A stretch of DNA of 64,000 nt from an uncultured Spartobacteria bacterium (GTDB taxonomy: Bacteria > Verrucomicrobiota > Verrucomicrobiia > Chthoniobacterales > Chthoniobacteraceae). Shown piece by piece: positions 1-9,659 of the stretch (within the stretch, counting starts at the first letter, position 1; each line of letters starts with the position of its first letter). The stretch lies in contig CAIURC010000078.1 in NCBI GenBank assembly GCA_903901425.1, positions 29,828 through 93,827 of the forward strand, written 5' to 3'. The position numbers were made by a program, and so were the translations under genes. A model generated the notes under the pieces. It saw nothing but the letters and a program-made list of their open reading frames with translations. It was not told the DNA's origin and ran no database searches.

Positions 1-650
1 ACGCCGTGCTGACCTTTGAGATCCTGGAGGCGCTCCGGCGGGAGGCCCCGGGTTGCCGGATGATCTACCTCTCGAGTGCCGCGGTTTACGGCAATCCCGT
101 CCGCCTGCCCGTGAGTGAGGAGGACGCGGTGGTGCCGCTCTCGCCGTATGGATTCCACAAGCGGATGGGGGAACTGCTCTGCGAGGAGTACAGCCTGATT
201 TATGGGATTCCATCGACGGTGGTCCGGATATTTTCAGCGTACGGTCCCGGGTTGAGACGGCAGGTGGTGTGGGACATTTTCCGTCGGCTTCTGGCCGGGG
301 AACGGCTCCGGTTGCACGGGAAGGGCGGAGAGAGCCGCGATTTCATCCATGCGGCCGATGTTGTGCGGGCGCTGGCGCTTTTTGCGGGGTCAGGGACGGA
401 GGGCTGCACGGTTTACAATTTGGGGTCTGGCCAGGAGACGGCGATTGGAGATCTGGCGCGGATTGCGGCGCGGGTGATGGGCAGGGAGGGGGCAGTGGAG
501 TTTGACGGGGTGGCGACGCCGGGTCAGCCTGTGAACTGGCGTGCGGAGATGAGCCGTGCCCGTGCGTTGGGGTTTGAGGCCCGGATCTCGATTGAAGACG
601 GGGTCAGGACGCTTTCGGCCTGGGTTCAGGCAGAACAGGGGGTGGCGTGA
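1..650 (+). CDS. NAD-dependent epimerase/dehydratase (extended SDR), 3' part; 5' end outside window
   Basis: ORF open to the window edge (track 6..650). Motifs 'IYLSSAAVYG', 'SPYGFHK' (YxxxK) and 'VRIFSAYGPG'. Stop TGA 648-650 overlaps the next ATG. Confidence 0.8.
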   Translation, partial: AVLTFEILEALRREAPGCRMIYLSSAAVYGNPVRLPVSEEDAVVPLSPYGFHKRMGELLCEEYSLIYGIPSTVVRIFSAYGPGLRRQVVWDIFRRLLAGERLRLHGKGGESRDFIHAADVVRALALFAGSGTEGCTVYNLGSGQETAIGDLARIAARVMGREGAVEFDGVATPGQPVNWRAEMSRARALGFEARISIEDGVRTLSAWVQAEQGVA

Positions 651-1801
651 TGTCGGGACCTGTGGTGGGGCTGGTATCGCAGGGGGGCGCCCGCTGGGTG
701 GGCGGAGCGGAGTATATCGGGAATCTGGCGCGTGCGGTGGTTGCTGCGGGTGGGAGCCAGCCGCGGTTGTTCAGTCTGGCGACCGTGGCGGATCAGTGGC
801 GAGAGGTGCCCGCCGAGGTGGTGCCTGTCCGGCGTTGGGTGATCCCATATGGCGACCGGATGGGGTTGAACCGGCGTCATTTGCGGGAGGCGCTCCGGCG
901 TGCCCCTGTGGATTTCCTGTTTCCATTCACGTATGGCAACGGAAACATCGGGATGAATTTCCCGGTCCAGCCAGTTCTGGGAAACACCCGGTGGGCAGGC
1001 TGGATCCCAGATTTTCAGCACCGCTATTTGCCCCATTTTTTTGGGAGGAAAGATCTCGAAATTCGGGAGGAGGGAATCCGGCGGCTGCTTGGGGAGGCGC
1101 CGGTAATGGTTATGAGCAGCGCGAGTGCTGCGGAGGATTTGAAGCGGTTCCATCCGGAGTATGGCGGGCGTGTTGAGGTTCTGCGGTTTGCCACTGCGCC
1201 CCGCGCGGAATGGTACGAGGCTGCCAACTCACTTCCAGAGTTGCCCGACCGGTACTTTGCGGTGTGCAACCAGTTTTGGGTCCACAAGAATCACCTGACG
1301 GTTTTCAGGGCTTTGGGGCTACTGGCAAGGCGCGGAGTGCGGCCGGTTCTGGTTTGCACGGGTGCGATGGATGACAACCGGGATCCTGCGTATCCGGCTA
1401 AGCTCCGTGAGGCGCTGGAGGTGGGCAAGGTGCAGGAGCAGGTCCGGTTTTTGGGACTTATTTCCCGACGGAATCAGGTGGAGGTGCTTAGGCGCTCGGT
1501 TGCGGTGGTCCAGCCGAGTCTGTTTGAAGGCTGGAGCACGGTGGTCGAGGACGCGCGGGTCTTGGGAAAAAGGATTCTGCTATCCGACATCGCGGTCCAC
1601 AGGGAGCAGGCACCGCCAGGGGCCGAGTATTTTGAGCCGGAAAACGCGGAGGCGCTGGCGGCGTTGATGGAGGCCGCATGGAACCAATGGCCAGCCGGTC
1701 AGGATCTGGTTGCCGAAGGCGAGGCGCGGCGCCTCGGTGAGGCGCGTCTGGCGGAAGTGGGCCGCAGGCTTCTGGAGATTGCCGGCGGCAGCCGCGCGTG
1801 A
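650..1801 (+). CDS. glycosyltransferase family 1 (GT-B fold)
   Basis: Track ORF 647..1801. ATG at 650 overlaps the upstream stop (ATGA). C-terminal 'VQPSLFEGWSTVVEDARVLGKRILLSD' resembles the GT1 donor-binding signature. Confidence 0.75.
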   Translation: MSGPVVGLVSQGGARWVGGAEYIGNLARAVVAAGGSQPRLFSLATVADQWREVPAEVVPVRRWVIPYGDRMGLNRRHLREALRRAPVDFLFPFTYGNGNIGMNFPVQPVLGNTRWAGWIPDFQHRYLPHFFGRKDLEIREEGIRRLLGEAPVMVMSSASAAEDLKRFHPEYGGRVEVLRFATAPRAEWYEAANSLPELPDRYFAVCNQFWVHKNHLTVFRALGLLARRGVRPVLVCTGAMDDNRDPAYPAKLREALEVGKVQEQVRFLGLISRRNQVEVLRRSVAVVQPSLFEGWSTVVEDARVLGKRILLSDIAVHREQAPPGAEYFEPENAEALAALMEAAWNQWPAGQDLVAEGEARRLGEARLAEVGRRLLEIAGGSRA

Positions 1802-1805
1802 CCGC

Positions 1806-2699
1806 ATGCCTTCCCCGTTGTTCACGCTGGTCACTCCCACCTTCAACCGGGCGGGCTTTCTTGGAAAAGCCATGGAAAGCGTCCGGCTCCAGGCCCGGGC
1901 GGACGTGGAACACTGGGTGGTGGACGGCGGTTCCACCGATGAAACCGCGGCGGTGGTGGCCCGGTTCCCCGGGACCTGGTTCCTGAGCGAACCCGACCGC
2001 GGGATTTATGATGCGCTCAACAAAGGGCTCGCCCGTGCCACCGGCGACATCGTGGGACTTCTGAACAGCGACGACCTTTACCCGCCCGGCACCCTCGACG
2101 CTGTTGCTGCTGCATTCGAGGATCCCGCGGTGGATCTGGTCAGCGGCGGCACCGAGATTTTCCGGGTGTCGGCGGGGGGCGAGGAGCGGGTTCTGGTGCA
2201 GGACGCCGCCGCGAAAATCGCGCTGATACCGGAGAACGTGCTGTTGGGAATCCCGGCGATCAACGCCCGGTTTTTCCGGCGCCGTTTCCTCGAGCAGCAC
2301 CTCCCGTTCGATCTGGGTTACCGGATTGCCTCAGACCGGGAATTCCTGTTCCGGATGGCGCTGGCCGGGGCGCGGGAGGTGGTTTTGGACCGGGTATTGT
2401 ACCGGTACTGCGAGCACGCGGGTTCACTCACCATCCGGGACCGTGTGCCGCTGCGGGAGGGGGCTGGTTGGGAGCATCTGGCGATTGCGGAGAAGCACCG
2501 GGACACTGTGCCGCCGGACGCCAGAGATGTGGTCCGGCGGTTTCATGCACGGGAGAGCGCGACTTTGGCGCTCGGGCTTCTGGCCGGAGGCGAGTACGGC
2601 GCGGCGCTGGAGATGGCCCGGCGCGGTTGGGGAGCGAACACGAGTTGGCCGCTGACGGTGCTCCGGGTCGGGGCCGCTGCGGTCTGGAAGCGTCTTTAG
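1806..2699 (+). CDS. glycosyltransferase family 2
   Basis: Internal ATG (1806) of track ORF 1710..2699, 5 nt after the upstream stop. Motifs 'FTLVTPTFNRAGFLGKAMESV', 'VDGGSTDET' and 'LLNSDD' (DxD-type). Confidence 0.8.
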   Translation: MPSPLFTLVTPTFNRAGFLGKAMESVRLQARADVEHWVVDGGSTDETAAVVARFPGTWFLSEPDRGIYDALNKGLARATGDIVGLLNSDDLYPPGTLDAVAAAFEDPAVDLVSGGTEIFRVSAGGEERVLVQDAAAKIALIPENVLLGIPAINARFFRRRFLEQHLPFDLGYRIASDREFLFRMALAGAREVVLDRVLYRYCEHAGSLTIRDRVPLREGAGWEHLAIAEKHRDTVPPDARDVVRRFHARESATLALGLLAGGEYGAALEMARRGWGANTSWPLTVLRVGAAAVWKRL

Positions 2700-2738
2700 A
2701 CTCCCCGGGGGCGGCCCGGGGCGTGCGCAGAGCCGGCT

Positions 2739-3371
2739 TTAGAAACCCACGGCAGCCCGGCGGCCGACCTTGGATACGTCGCGGAGGTCCTCCCAGATCT
2801 CGAGGCCCCGGCTGATGTCGTTGAGCGTCATGTGGATCTGGTAAGACTTCTGGGTGGTGCGTCCGAGGGAGGCGTGGTCCTCGATCAGTTCGAGGGTCAG
2901 CGAATACTGGGGAAGCGGTCCCGAGGAATGGTGGGATTCCCGTTCGCTGCTGCCGGTGAATTCGCGGAGTTCGTTCCGGGCGGACACTTGGGCGTTTTCG
3001 CGGGCCACGGCGGAGCGGCGTCCGGAGACGAAGGCGTCATTCTGGACGTAGCAATAGGCGACGCCGGATTTGTTGAGGGTGACCTTGACCCGGTTGAACA
3101 TGAGGTTGGGGTCGAAGTCGTATAGGGCGGTGTTGTTCCGGAAGGTGGAGATGGCGATGATGGAACGGCCGTCGCTCCCTTTTTTCCTGAGGATGTTTGC
3201 AGACAGCAGGGATTCAGCCATTTCCGCGGACACCTCGGCGACGTCCTTGGGATCGAGTCCGAGAGTGGACCGGAGTTGGGACGTGGTGACGCGCCGGGCT
3301 TCATAGGTGCCGCAGCCGGTGAAAAACAGAGTCGCTGCGAGGGCGAGAGCAGTGAAAGCGGAGGTTTTCAT
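2739..3371 (-). CDS. LpoB-like lipoprotein (COG3417 family, PBP-activator fold)
   Basis: Signal peptide plus lipobox 'FFTGCG'. 'IIAISTFRNNTALYDFDPNLMFNRVKVTLNKSG' and the C-terminal 'LTLELIED...IWEDLRDVSK' match the LpoB/COG3417 pattern. ATG overlaps the upstream stop (ATGA at 3368-3371). Confidence 0.65.
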   Translation of the reverse strand: MKTSAFTALALAATLFFTGCGTYEARRVTTSQLRSTLGLDPKDVAEVSAEMAESLLSANILRKKGSDGRSIIAISTFRNNTALYDFDPNLMFNRVKVTLNKSGVAYCYVQNDAFVSGRRSAVARENAQVSARNELREFTGSSERESHHSSGPLPQYSLTLELIEDHASLGRTTQKSYQIHMTLNDISRGLEIWEDLRDVSKVGRRAAVGF

Positions 3372-3778
3372 TTTTGGGGTCCGAGCCGGAGGATAACGCC
3401 GGCGGGGTGGGAGACAGTAGAGACAGTACGGAGGACGGTCTGGTCAAGTCCTTCGATCCGGCCCATGCGCGGGACGCGGGCAGCTGGGGTAAAGGAGGCG
3501 CTGCCGTCGCCGGCGAACCATTCCCAGCTGTAGGCGAAGTCGCGTGGGGAGGAGGAGGGGTTACGGACAATGACCTGGACCTCGACGAAGCCCTGGTCGT
3601 TCTTGCGTGCGATGGCCTCAGCCGGGTCCGAGACACGGACAGGGCAGCCGGGGAGTTGTGTGACCTGGAGTTGTGCGGGGACGCCAGCGAGGGGTTGGCG
3701 GGAGGTTTTGATGGAGGCGCAGCTTGCGAGCATCAGGCCCGCGCCGAGGAGACAGAGACGTTGGAAAATGTGGGTCAT
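3368..3778 (-). CDS. YcfL-like lipoprotein (DUF1425)
   Basis: Lipobox 'MLASCAS'. 'VEVQVIVRNPSSSPRDFAYSWEWFAGDGS' resembles the YcfL 'Y-x-F-x-W-x-D' core. In E. coli ycfL lies next to lpoB. Confidence 0.6.
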   Translation of the reverse strand: MTHIFQRLCLLGAGLMLASCASIKTSRQPLAGVPAQLQVTQLPGCPVRVSDPAEAIARKNDQGFVEVQVIVRNPSSSPRDFAYSWEWFAGDGSASFTPAARVPRMGRIEGLDQTVLRTVSTVSHPAGVILRLGPQK

Positions 3779-3791
3779 GGAACAACCAAAA

Positions 3792-5162
3792 TCAAAGGCC
3801 GATGGAAACCGAGGAAACGCTGCCGTTCACGACGCGCGCAACCACCAGCCGGGTTTTTCCTTCGTTGGCGAGGGCGATCTTGGTGCCGTTGACAAACAGA
3901 TGGCCGCTTGCGGGGGTCTTGACGCAGGCGTACCGCACAGTTTTTGGCAGGGAGGCGCAGATCCGGCGGTCTGCTTGGGCCGAGGCGACGTTATAAATCC
4001 CGGTCGCGATCGCGGCGATTCGTGCGACATTGGGGTCCTGCTGCTGTGCCGCCTCCTGTGCCGCATAGGAAAGCACGGCCTTGAGTGTGGAGGCCGCCAC
4101 GGTGCGCGCCACGGTCCCGGGCAGTTTCCGCCGGTACTCGGCGGCTACGATCCGGTCGAACTCGCACACGGTGCTGGCGGAGACGCTTTCCTCGCCCACC
4201 CGGAGCACGGCTTCCGCGGGGTGCGGATGGATTTCAAGAGACGGGAACGCAGCCGAGAAAAGCACGACCTTCCCGTTGAGCACGATCGGCACATCGATCC
4301 GGAACTGGTCGAGGGAGGGAGCCACGCCCTCCTCAAGGATCACGTGGGTCATGCCTTCTGGGGAACCGGCGGCTGCCCTTTTTACATGCTCGTTGCGCGG
4401 GTAGCAGGAGAGTACGTGCCCGAAGCTTTCACGGCTCCGGCCGGTGTCCGGCTGGGGGCCGGAACCGAGGAGGATCCCGGCGAGCAGTTCGGAGTAAGGA
4501 ACGGAGAAGTTGGCGTAGGGCTGGAAGCGTGCGGCAGTGGTTTCGAGCGTCTTCTGGGCGCCTTCTACCGCGCCGGGTTTCAACTGGACCCGGACTCGCG
4601 GGTTGGCCTCCACAGCCTGTTCGAGGCTCTGGCGTTCGCGTTCGATCTGGGCTTGGAACTTCCCGAAATTGTCGGCCTGCCGGTTTTTGGCGAGCTTGAT
4701 TGCGGACCGCGCCTTGTCGAGTTCGCCATTGGCGGCGAAGCTGAGGGCCAGCAGGGAGGCGCCCATGACCCGCTCGGAGGGGCTGGTGTTGTACGCCATG
4801 CTGTTCAGGTTTGTCAGCATCGCGCCCGCCTCGCGTCCGAGTTGGACCACGGGCCGCTGGTCCCGGTAGGTCAGGGCTTGGTCCGCCGCGCGGAGCGCCT
4901 CTGCGGCCTCGGCTTTCTGGCCTGCTGTCAGGGCCATGGCGCCGTGTTCCAGCCGGAACACGGGTGCGTCCCCGCTGCTGTCCTTCTGTTTTTTTGCCTC
5001 GCCGCGGAGGGTGGAAAGCGCCGAGCGGAATTCGCCGGACCGGTACTGTTTTTGGGCCTTCAGCAGGGTGCCGTTTGTGCCGCAGCCGACCAGAAAAAGG
5101 GCCGGAAGAAGCGCAATCGCGCGCACACTCTTGAGGAGGGATTCAGGCGGGCGTCGTTTCAT
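3792..5162 (-). CDS. helical-repeat lipoprotein (COG3014-like)
   Basis: Lipobox 'LFLVGCGT' followed by a TPR-like helical N-terminal half. Sits 13 nt upstream of the YcfL-like gene. The antisense ORF 3570..5261 has junk composition. Confidence 0.55.
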   Translation of the reverse strand: MKRRPPESLLKSVRAIALLPALFLVGCGTNGTLLKAQKQYRSGEFRSALSTLRGEAKKQKDSSGDAPVFRLEHGAMALTAGQKAEAAEALRAADQALTYRDQRPVVQLGREAGAMLTNLNSMAYNTSPSERVMGASLLALSFAANGELDKARSAIKLAKNRQADNFGKFQAQIERERQSLEQAVEANPRVRVQLKPGAVEGAQKTLETTAARFQPYANFSVPYSELLAGILLGSGPQPDTGRSRESFGHVLSCYPRNEHVKRAAAGSPEGMTHVILEEGVAPSLDQFRIDVPIVLNGKVVLFSAAFPSLEIHPHPAEAVLRVGEESVSASTVCEFDRIVAAEYRRKLPGTVARTVAASTLKAVLSYAAQEAAQQQDPNVARIAAIATGIYNVASAQADRRICASLPKTVRYACVKTPASGHLFVNGTKIALANEGKTRLVVARVVNGSVSSVSIGL

Positions 5163-5185
5163 GGTTTGAAAGGGTTCAGATCGGT

Positions 5186-6136
5186 TTATTTCCGGCGCCG
5201 GCTTCCGGCTTCCGGCCCTGCAGGTTCCATGCCGGTTTCGGGGAGCCGCGTGACGGTGTAGGTTTTCTTGATCTCGGTTGTGGCCAGATCCCCGTCCTCC
5301 ACAGAAACCAGTTCAAGGATGGAGGTTTCTTCTTTCACGGATTTGACCACTGCCTTGCCCACGGGAAAGGCCGCGTCGGTGCCGGCGCCGCCTTCGGCAA
5401 ACTCGGAGAGCTCAACCCATTGCCCTTCCTTCATCCCGGCCATCCGGCCGCGGTCCACGATGAATTGCCTGCCCCGCACCGAGAGAATCTTGGGCGGGCA
5501 ATAGAGGTCGAGGACGCGGACCCCGAGTTTTTTGACAACGCCGTCGGCGAGTTTCCGGACTGTGCCGGAATCGAAGTCGGGCAGGCCGAGCCGGGCTGAG
5601 GAGACGATGCCGGAACCGGCATGCTCGAAGTCTTCTTTGAGGACCCTGCGTGTGCCCCCGTTGCGTTCCGTGACCTCCAGCGAAACCGTGATTCGGAGCC
5701 GCCATTTGGCTGCCGCGCCGCCAGCATTTTTGAGGGAACTGTAGTCCGCCACGAAATCCTCGATTTTTCCAAAAGCCAGGAGGTCGGCGGAAGCGACGGA
5801 AAGATCGAGGGACTGGGCGTTGCCGAGTTCCTCGCTGACTTTCCATTCCTTGACCAGACGGTCCAGGGACTCGTCACGGACGGCGAGCCGCAGCATTTTG
5901 CTTGAGGACAGCTCCTGACTCAGGGTGGAGAGGACCGCGCCGCGCAGCCGCGACTCTACGTCTTGGACGCCGGCATGGAAACGCTTGGCGACCTCAGGGG
6001 TGACCAGCCCGGGAGCCAGGTCGAGTTTTTCGACCACCATCACCTTGGGGGCTGCTGGATCCTGGGCCCGGCTCAAACCGCCAGTGGCTGCCACTGCCGA
6101 GAAACAAAGTAGCTGGAGTGCGAATCGGAGTTTCAT
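5186..6136 (-). CDS. secreted protein of unknown function (LpoB/CsgG-like N-domain plus C-terminal beta-domain, tentative)
   Basis: ATG start and signal peptide 'MKLRFALQLLCFSAVAATGGLSRAQD'. Gaps to the flanking same-strand genes are 23 and 27 nt. Confidence 0.6.
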   Translation of the reverse strand: MKLRFALQLLCFSAVAATGGLSRAQDPAAPKVMVVEKLDLAPGLVTPEVAKRFHAGVQDVESRLRGAVLSTLSQELSSSKMLRLAVRDESLDRLVKEWKVSEELGNAQSLDLSVASADLLAFGKIEDFVADYSSLKNAGGAAAKWRLRITVSLEVTERNGGTRRVLKEDFEHAGSGIVSSARLGLPDFDSGTVRKLADGVVKKLGVRVLDLYCPPKILSVRGRQFIVDRGRMAGMKEGQWVELSEFAEGGAGTDAAFPVGKAVVKSVKEETSILELVSVEDGDLATTEIKKTYTVTRLPETGMEPAGPEAGSRRRK

Positions 6137-6163
6137 GGGAAAAGTTTGGGCACCGTGCCGGGA

Positions 6164-7447
6164 TTATCGGGACAGAATCGGGAACGCGATTTTCAGGCGT
6201 TCGGAGAGGAAGAACGGGGCGGATTTGCGGAGCGCATCGAGCCAGAGTTTGCCGCCCTCGGCCTCGGCCTTGCGGACTGGAACGATGTTTTTGGCGGTGG
6301 CGGTATCGATCTGGAGCTGGCCATCGGCCTCCTTTTTGATGGCTTCAGTGACAGCGCCGGCGCGTTCAACGGCTGCCTGCCGGAACATGGAATTGTTCTT
6401 GGCGAGCTCGAAAAGGGCGAGTTGTTCGTTGAATTTGCGGCGGGTATCGTCGGTGGGGGCAAGCAGCGCCTCGTAGCGTTCCCCGCCTGCGACCTGGATC
6501 TGGGCCGTGTAATCCTTTGCGCCGTCCCGGTAGACCCTGAGCTTGTGGGTGCCGGGCGCGAGGCTGACCCGGCAGGGAGCGTTTCCCTTGAGCACGCCGT
6601 CCACCTCGACGGAGGCGCCTTCGGCAAACACGGGCACCTCGGTGACTTCGATGCCGCCGGCTTCCGGCGTTGCGCGGAGGACCGGCACGCGGATTCCCTC
6701 CAGAAGCGCATGCACTTCGACCTGCGCCAATCGGATCTGGACATCTGGAATCTCCCATGTGCGCGAGGCCTGCGCGAGATCACGGGCCAGAAGGCTGAAG
6801 GCCTTGTCCGTCAGGTCGGCCTCGTTGAAGCCGCGGACCTTGACCTCCCGTTCCTCGCTTTTCACCCGGACACCGTCCCCGGCGTTGAGCAGGGTGAGTG
6901 ACGCCCGGGCGGAAAGGAGGTTGACCGCCTGGGAAGCCACGGTGGACGTCTTCCCGTTGAGATGGAGGACATCCACGAACAGCACCCGGCCGATCCCGCG
7001 GTTCACGGCTTCCTGGAGCACGGATTGGTTGTTGGAAAAATCCAGCAGACTTCCTTTGGCGGCTTCCCCGGACTGGGATTCCCGCGTGGTGGCGTTGAGA
7101 TCGGCCAATGTTACCAGTCGCAGGGCCGGGTTTTGAGCGGCGGCAGCGAACTGTTCCCCGAGCTTCTGGAGGAGTTCGCTGGGAATGCCCTTGATTTGGG
7201 TTCGTGGAACGAGCAGGGCGAGGCCTTTGTTTCGTTCGGGTTCGGTTTTGACGGGGGACTCCTGCACCCCTTGGTACGCGATGGGGGCCGCCAGGGCCAG
7301 GTAGCCCTGCTCCAACTGGGCCTGCGCCAGCGGCGTGAGTCCCGACAGAACCGCCGAGAGGACGCAAAAACGCCGCTTCCACCCCGTTGCATTTCCGGGG
7401 GCTGTTTGCGGGGCGGTGGCGTGCACGGGCAGATCGGATCGTTTCAT
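6164..7447 (-). CDS. PEGA domain-containing secreted protein
   Basis: Trimmed to the internal ATG at 7447 ('MKRSDLPV...', followed by a hydrophobic signal-like stretch 'FCVLSAVLSGLTPLAQAQ'). 'SVEVDGVLKGNAPCRVSLAPGTHKLRVYRDGAKDYTAQIQV' is a typical PEGA repeat. Confidence 0.65.
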   Translation of the reverse strand: MKRSDLPVHATAPQTAPGNATGWKRRFCVLSAVLSGLTPLAQAQLEQGYLALAAPIAYQGVQESPVKTEPERNKGLALLVPRTQIKGIPSELLQKLGEQFAAAAQNPALRLVTLADLNATTRESQSGEAAKGSLLDFSNNQSVLQEAVNRGIGRVLFVDVLHLNGKTSTVASQAVNLLSARASLTLLNAGDGVRVKSEEREVKVRGFNEADLTDKAFSLLARDLAQASRTWEIPDVQIRLAQVEVHALLEGIRVPVLRATPEAGGIEVTEVPVFAEGASVEVDGVLKGNAPCRVSLAPGTHKLRVYRDGAKDYTAQIQVAGGERYEALLAPTDDTRRKFNEQLALFELAKNNSMFRQAAVERAGAVTEAIKKEADGQLQIDTATAKNIVPVRKAEAEGGKLWLDALRKSAPFFLSERLKIAFPILSR

Positions 7448-7934
7448 AAACAGACGGCTGTCCTGTAACAACGGCGCGCGGCGGGAACCAGAAAGATTTC
7501 GTGAATGCTGCGTTGAGGATTGGCGGGTGGCATTCTGCAGAACTCGCTCGTTTTGCTTCTGGATGCGCCTAGGGGCATGGCTCAACGGCGCTGCAGTTGC
7601 GGGTGGTCGGCTACGGGGAGGGGGGCAGAAAAACGACGGAGGCGCAGATTTTTTTTGAACGCTCAAATCTCCCCGGAGTCAAAGGGCGGAGGAAAATCAA
7701 AAGCAGATGTCTGATGCAGAACGGGGAAATACAGGACGGAAAGTCCGTTTGGCAGCCGGGGCGGTCTGGCGGTCCCGGGTGGATTCTGGTCGGATTCCGG
7801 ACACCCTTCGGCACCGGGATTATACCCGGGCCGGGGGTTTTCCGGCGGTTTTTGCTTGAACAGGAGGCGTAGATTTGGCGTTGCCTATGCCCCCCTCTCA
7901 GTATCTGCTCCCCCCTCCCTAACCCTCCATCCCA

Positions 7935-8885
7935 ATGATTCAGGTACGTGAACTGAAAAAACATTTCGGCCCCAAGGTCGCCGTGAACGGCATCTCGTTC
8001 ACGGTGGAGCGCGGGGAAGTGCTCGGGTTCCTCGGACCCAACGGCGCGGGCAAGTCGACCACCATGCGCATGGTGACCGGCTTTATTCCGCCGACGGACG
8101 GCTCCATCACCATTGGCGGACACGACATGCTTGAGGACCCGATCCCGGCAAAGCGTCTGATCGGTTACCTGCCGGAAAACGCGCCCTCGTACACGGACAT
8201 GTCGGTGCAGGCGTTTCTGGAGTTTTCCGGGGAACTTCGCGGGCTTTCCGGAGACGGCCTGAAACGGGCGGTGGGCCGGGCGATCGAGATGTGTTTCCTT
8301 GAGAATGTCCGGCACCAGAGCGTGGAGACCCTCTCCAAGGGGTACCGGCACCGGACATGTTTTGCGCAGTCTATCATTCACGATCCGGATGTGCTGATCC
8401 TGGACGAACCGACGGACGGTTTGGATCCGAACCAGAAGCATGAGGTCCGGACGCTGATCCGGCGGATGGGCGAAAAAAAGGCGATCATTTTTTCCACGCA
8501 TATTTTGGAGGAGGTGGAGGCGGTATGTTCCCGGGCGGTGATCATCGACCGGGGCTCAATCGTTGCGAACGGCACCCCGCGCGAGCTGAAGCTCCGTTCG
8601 GAGCAGGCGGGGGCGGTGACCCTGCGCCTGGTGGACGGGAACGCGGCGGAGGTGTCCGCCAAGGTTCGGCAGGTGGCGGGGGTGGACCGGGTTACCGTGG
8701 TAAGCGAGCGGCCGCTGGCGGTCCGGGCGTTTCCGCAGAAGAACGCGGGCAGCGACGACGTGGCGCGCGCGATTGGCGAGCTGGCGTTCAAAGAGCGCTG
8801 GGCGTTGCAGGGGCTGCAGGTGGAGGAGGGCCGCCTGGACGAGGTCTTCCGCAGCATCACCCTTCCTGACACCAAGAAGAAGTAG
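7935..8885 (+). CDS. ABC transporter ATP-binding protein (ABC-2/GldA-like)
   Basis: Walker A 'GPNGAGKST', signature 'LSKGYRHR', Walker B 'VLILDEPTDGLD'. Confidence 0.9.
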   Translation: MIQVRELKKHFGPKVAVNGISFTVERGEVLGFLGPNGAGKSTTMRMVTGFIPPTDGSITIGGHDMLEDPIPAKRLIGYLPENAPSYTDMSVQAFLEFSGELRGLSGDGLKRAVGRAIEMCFLENVRHQSVETLSKGYRHRTCFAQSIIHDPDVLILDEPTDGLDPNQKHEVRTLIRRMGEKKAIIFSTHILEEVEAVCSRAVIIDRGSIVANGTPRELKLRSEQAGAVTLRLVDGNAAEVSAKVRQVAGVDRVTVVSERPLAVRAFPQKNAGSDDVARAIGELAFKERWALQGLQVEEGRLDEVFRSITLPDTKKK

Positions 8886-8894
8886 GTTCATCCC

Positions 8895-9629
8895 ATGACC
8901 AACATCCTGACCATCGCAAAACGGGAACTGCGCGGCTATTTTTCGTCGCCAGTCGCCTTCGTGTTCATCGTGATCTTCCTGCTGCTGGCCGGTTTTTTCA
9001 CCTTCATGGTGGCCGGCTTTTTCCAGCGGGGTGAAGCCAGCCTGACGACATTCTTCACCTGGCACCCGTGGCTTTACCTGTTCCTTGTCCCGGCAGTCGG
9101 GATGCGGATGTGGTCTGAGGAACGCCGCCAAGGGACGATTGAGCTCCTGCTGACCATGCCCATCACGCCGTGGCAGGCGATCACGGGCAAGTTTCTGGCC
9201 TCCTGGGTGGTGGTTGGAATCGCGCTGGCGCTCACGTTTCCCGTGGTGATGACGGTGAATCATCTTGGGAACCCGGACAACGGTGTGATTCTCGGCGGCT
9301 ACATTGGGAGCTTCCTGATGGCGGGCGCCTACCTGGCCATCACGGCGATGACCTCGGCCATGACACGCAACCAGGTGGTGAGCTTCATCGTGGCGGTGGT
9401 GCTTTCGCTGTTCCTGATTCTGGCGGGATACCCGCCGGTGACCAACATGCTGGTGAGCTGGGCCTCCCCCTGGCTGGTGGACGGCATTGCCGCGTTCAGT
9501 GTGATGACCCACTTTGAAAGCATTCAGAAGGGGGTCCTAGATTCCCGTGACCTCCTCTATTTCCTGTCCGTGATTGGCTTCTGTCTCTTCACCACCAGCA
9601 TCATCATCCGGGCCCACCGGGCCGGCTGA
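8895..9629 (+). CDS. ABC-2 type transporter permease (GldF-like)
   Basis: 244-aa polytopic protein 9 nt after the ATPase. 'IAKRELRGYFSSPVAFVFIVIFLLLAG' is a typical ABC-2 permease N-terminus. Confidence 0.8.
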   Translation: MTNILTIAKRELRGYFSSPVAFVFIVIFLLLAGFFTFMVAGFFQRGEASLTTFFTWHPWLYLFLVPAVGMRMWSEERRQGTIELLLTMPITPWQAITGKFLASWVVVGIALALTFPVVMTVNHLGNPDNGVILGGYIGSFLMAGAYLAITAMTSAMTRNQVVSFIVAVVLSLFLILAGYPPVTNMLVSWASPWLVDGIAAFSVMTHFESIQKGVLDSRDLLYFLSVIGFCLFTTSIIIRAHRAG

Positions 9630-9659
9630 TTTCCCAACCCCCAACCCCTCTCTGCTTCG

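Noticed and set aside
3570-5261. 563-aa plus-strand ORF
   Set aside because: It is antisense to the lipoprotein gene 3792..5162. Its composition is Gly/Arg/Ala-rich with no motif or signal, whereas the minus-strand frame has a lipobox and sensible composition. Typical high-GC shadow ORF.
7814-7856. Two small GC hairpins followed by 'ggttttt' upstream of the ABC operon (possible attenuator or sRNA terminator)
   Set aside because: The stems are only 5 bp and there is no supporting conservation. This cannot be distinguished from chance in GC-rich DNA without folding energies or an Rfam scan.
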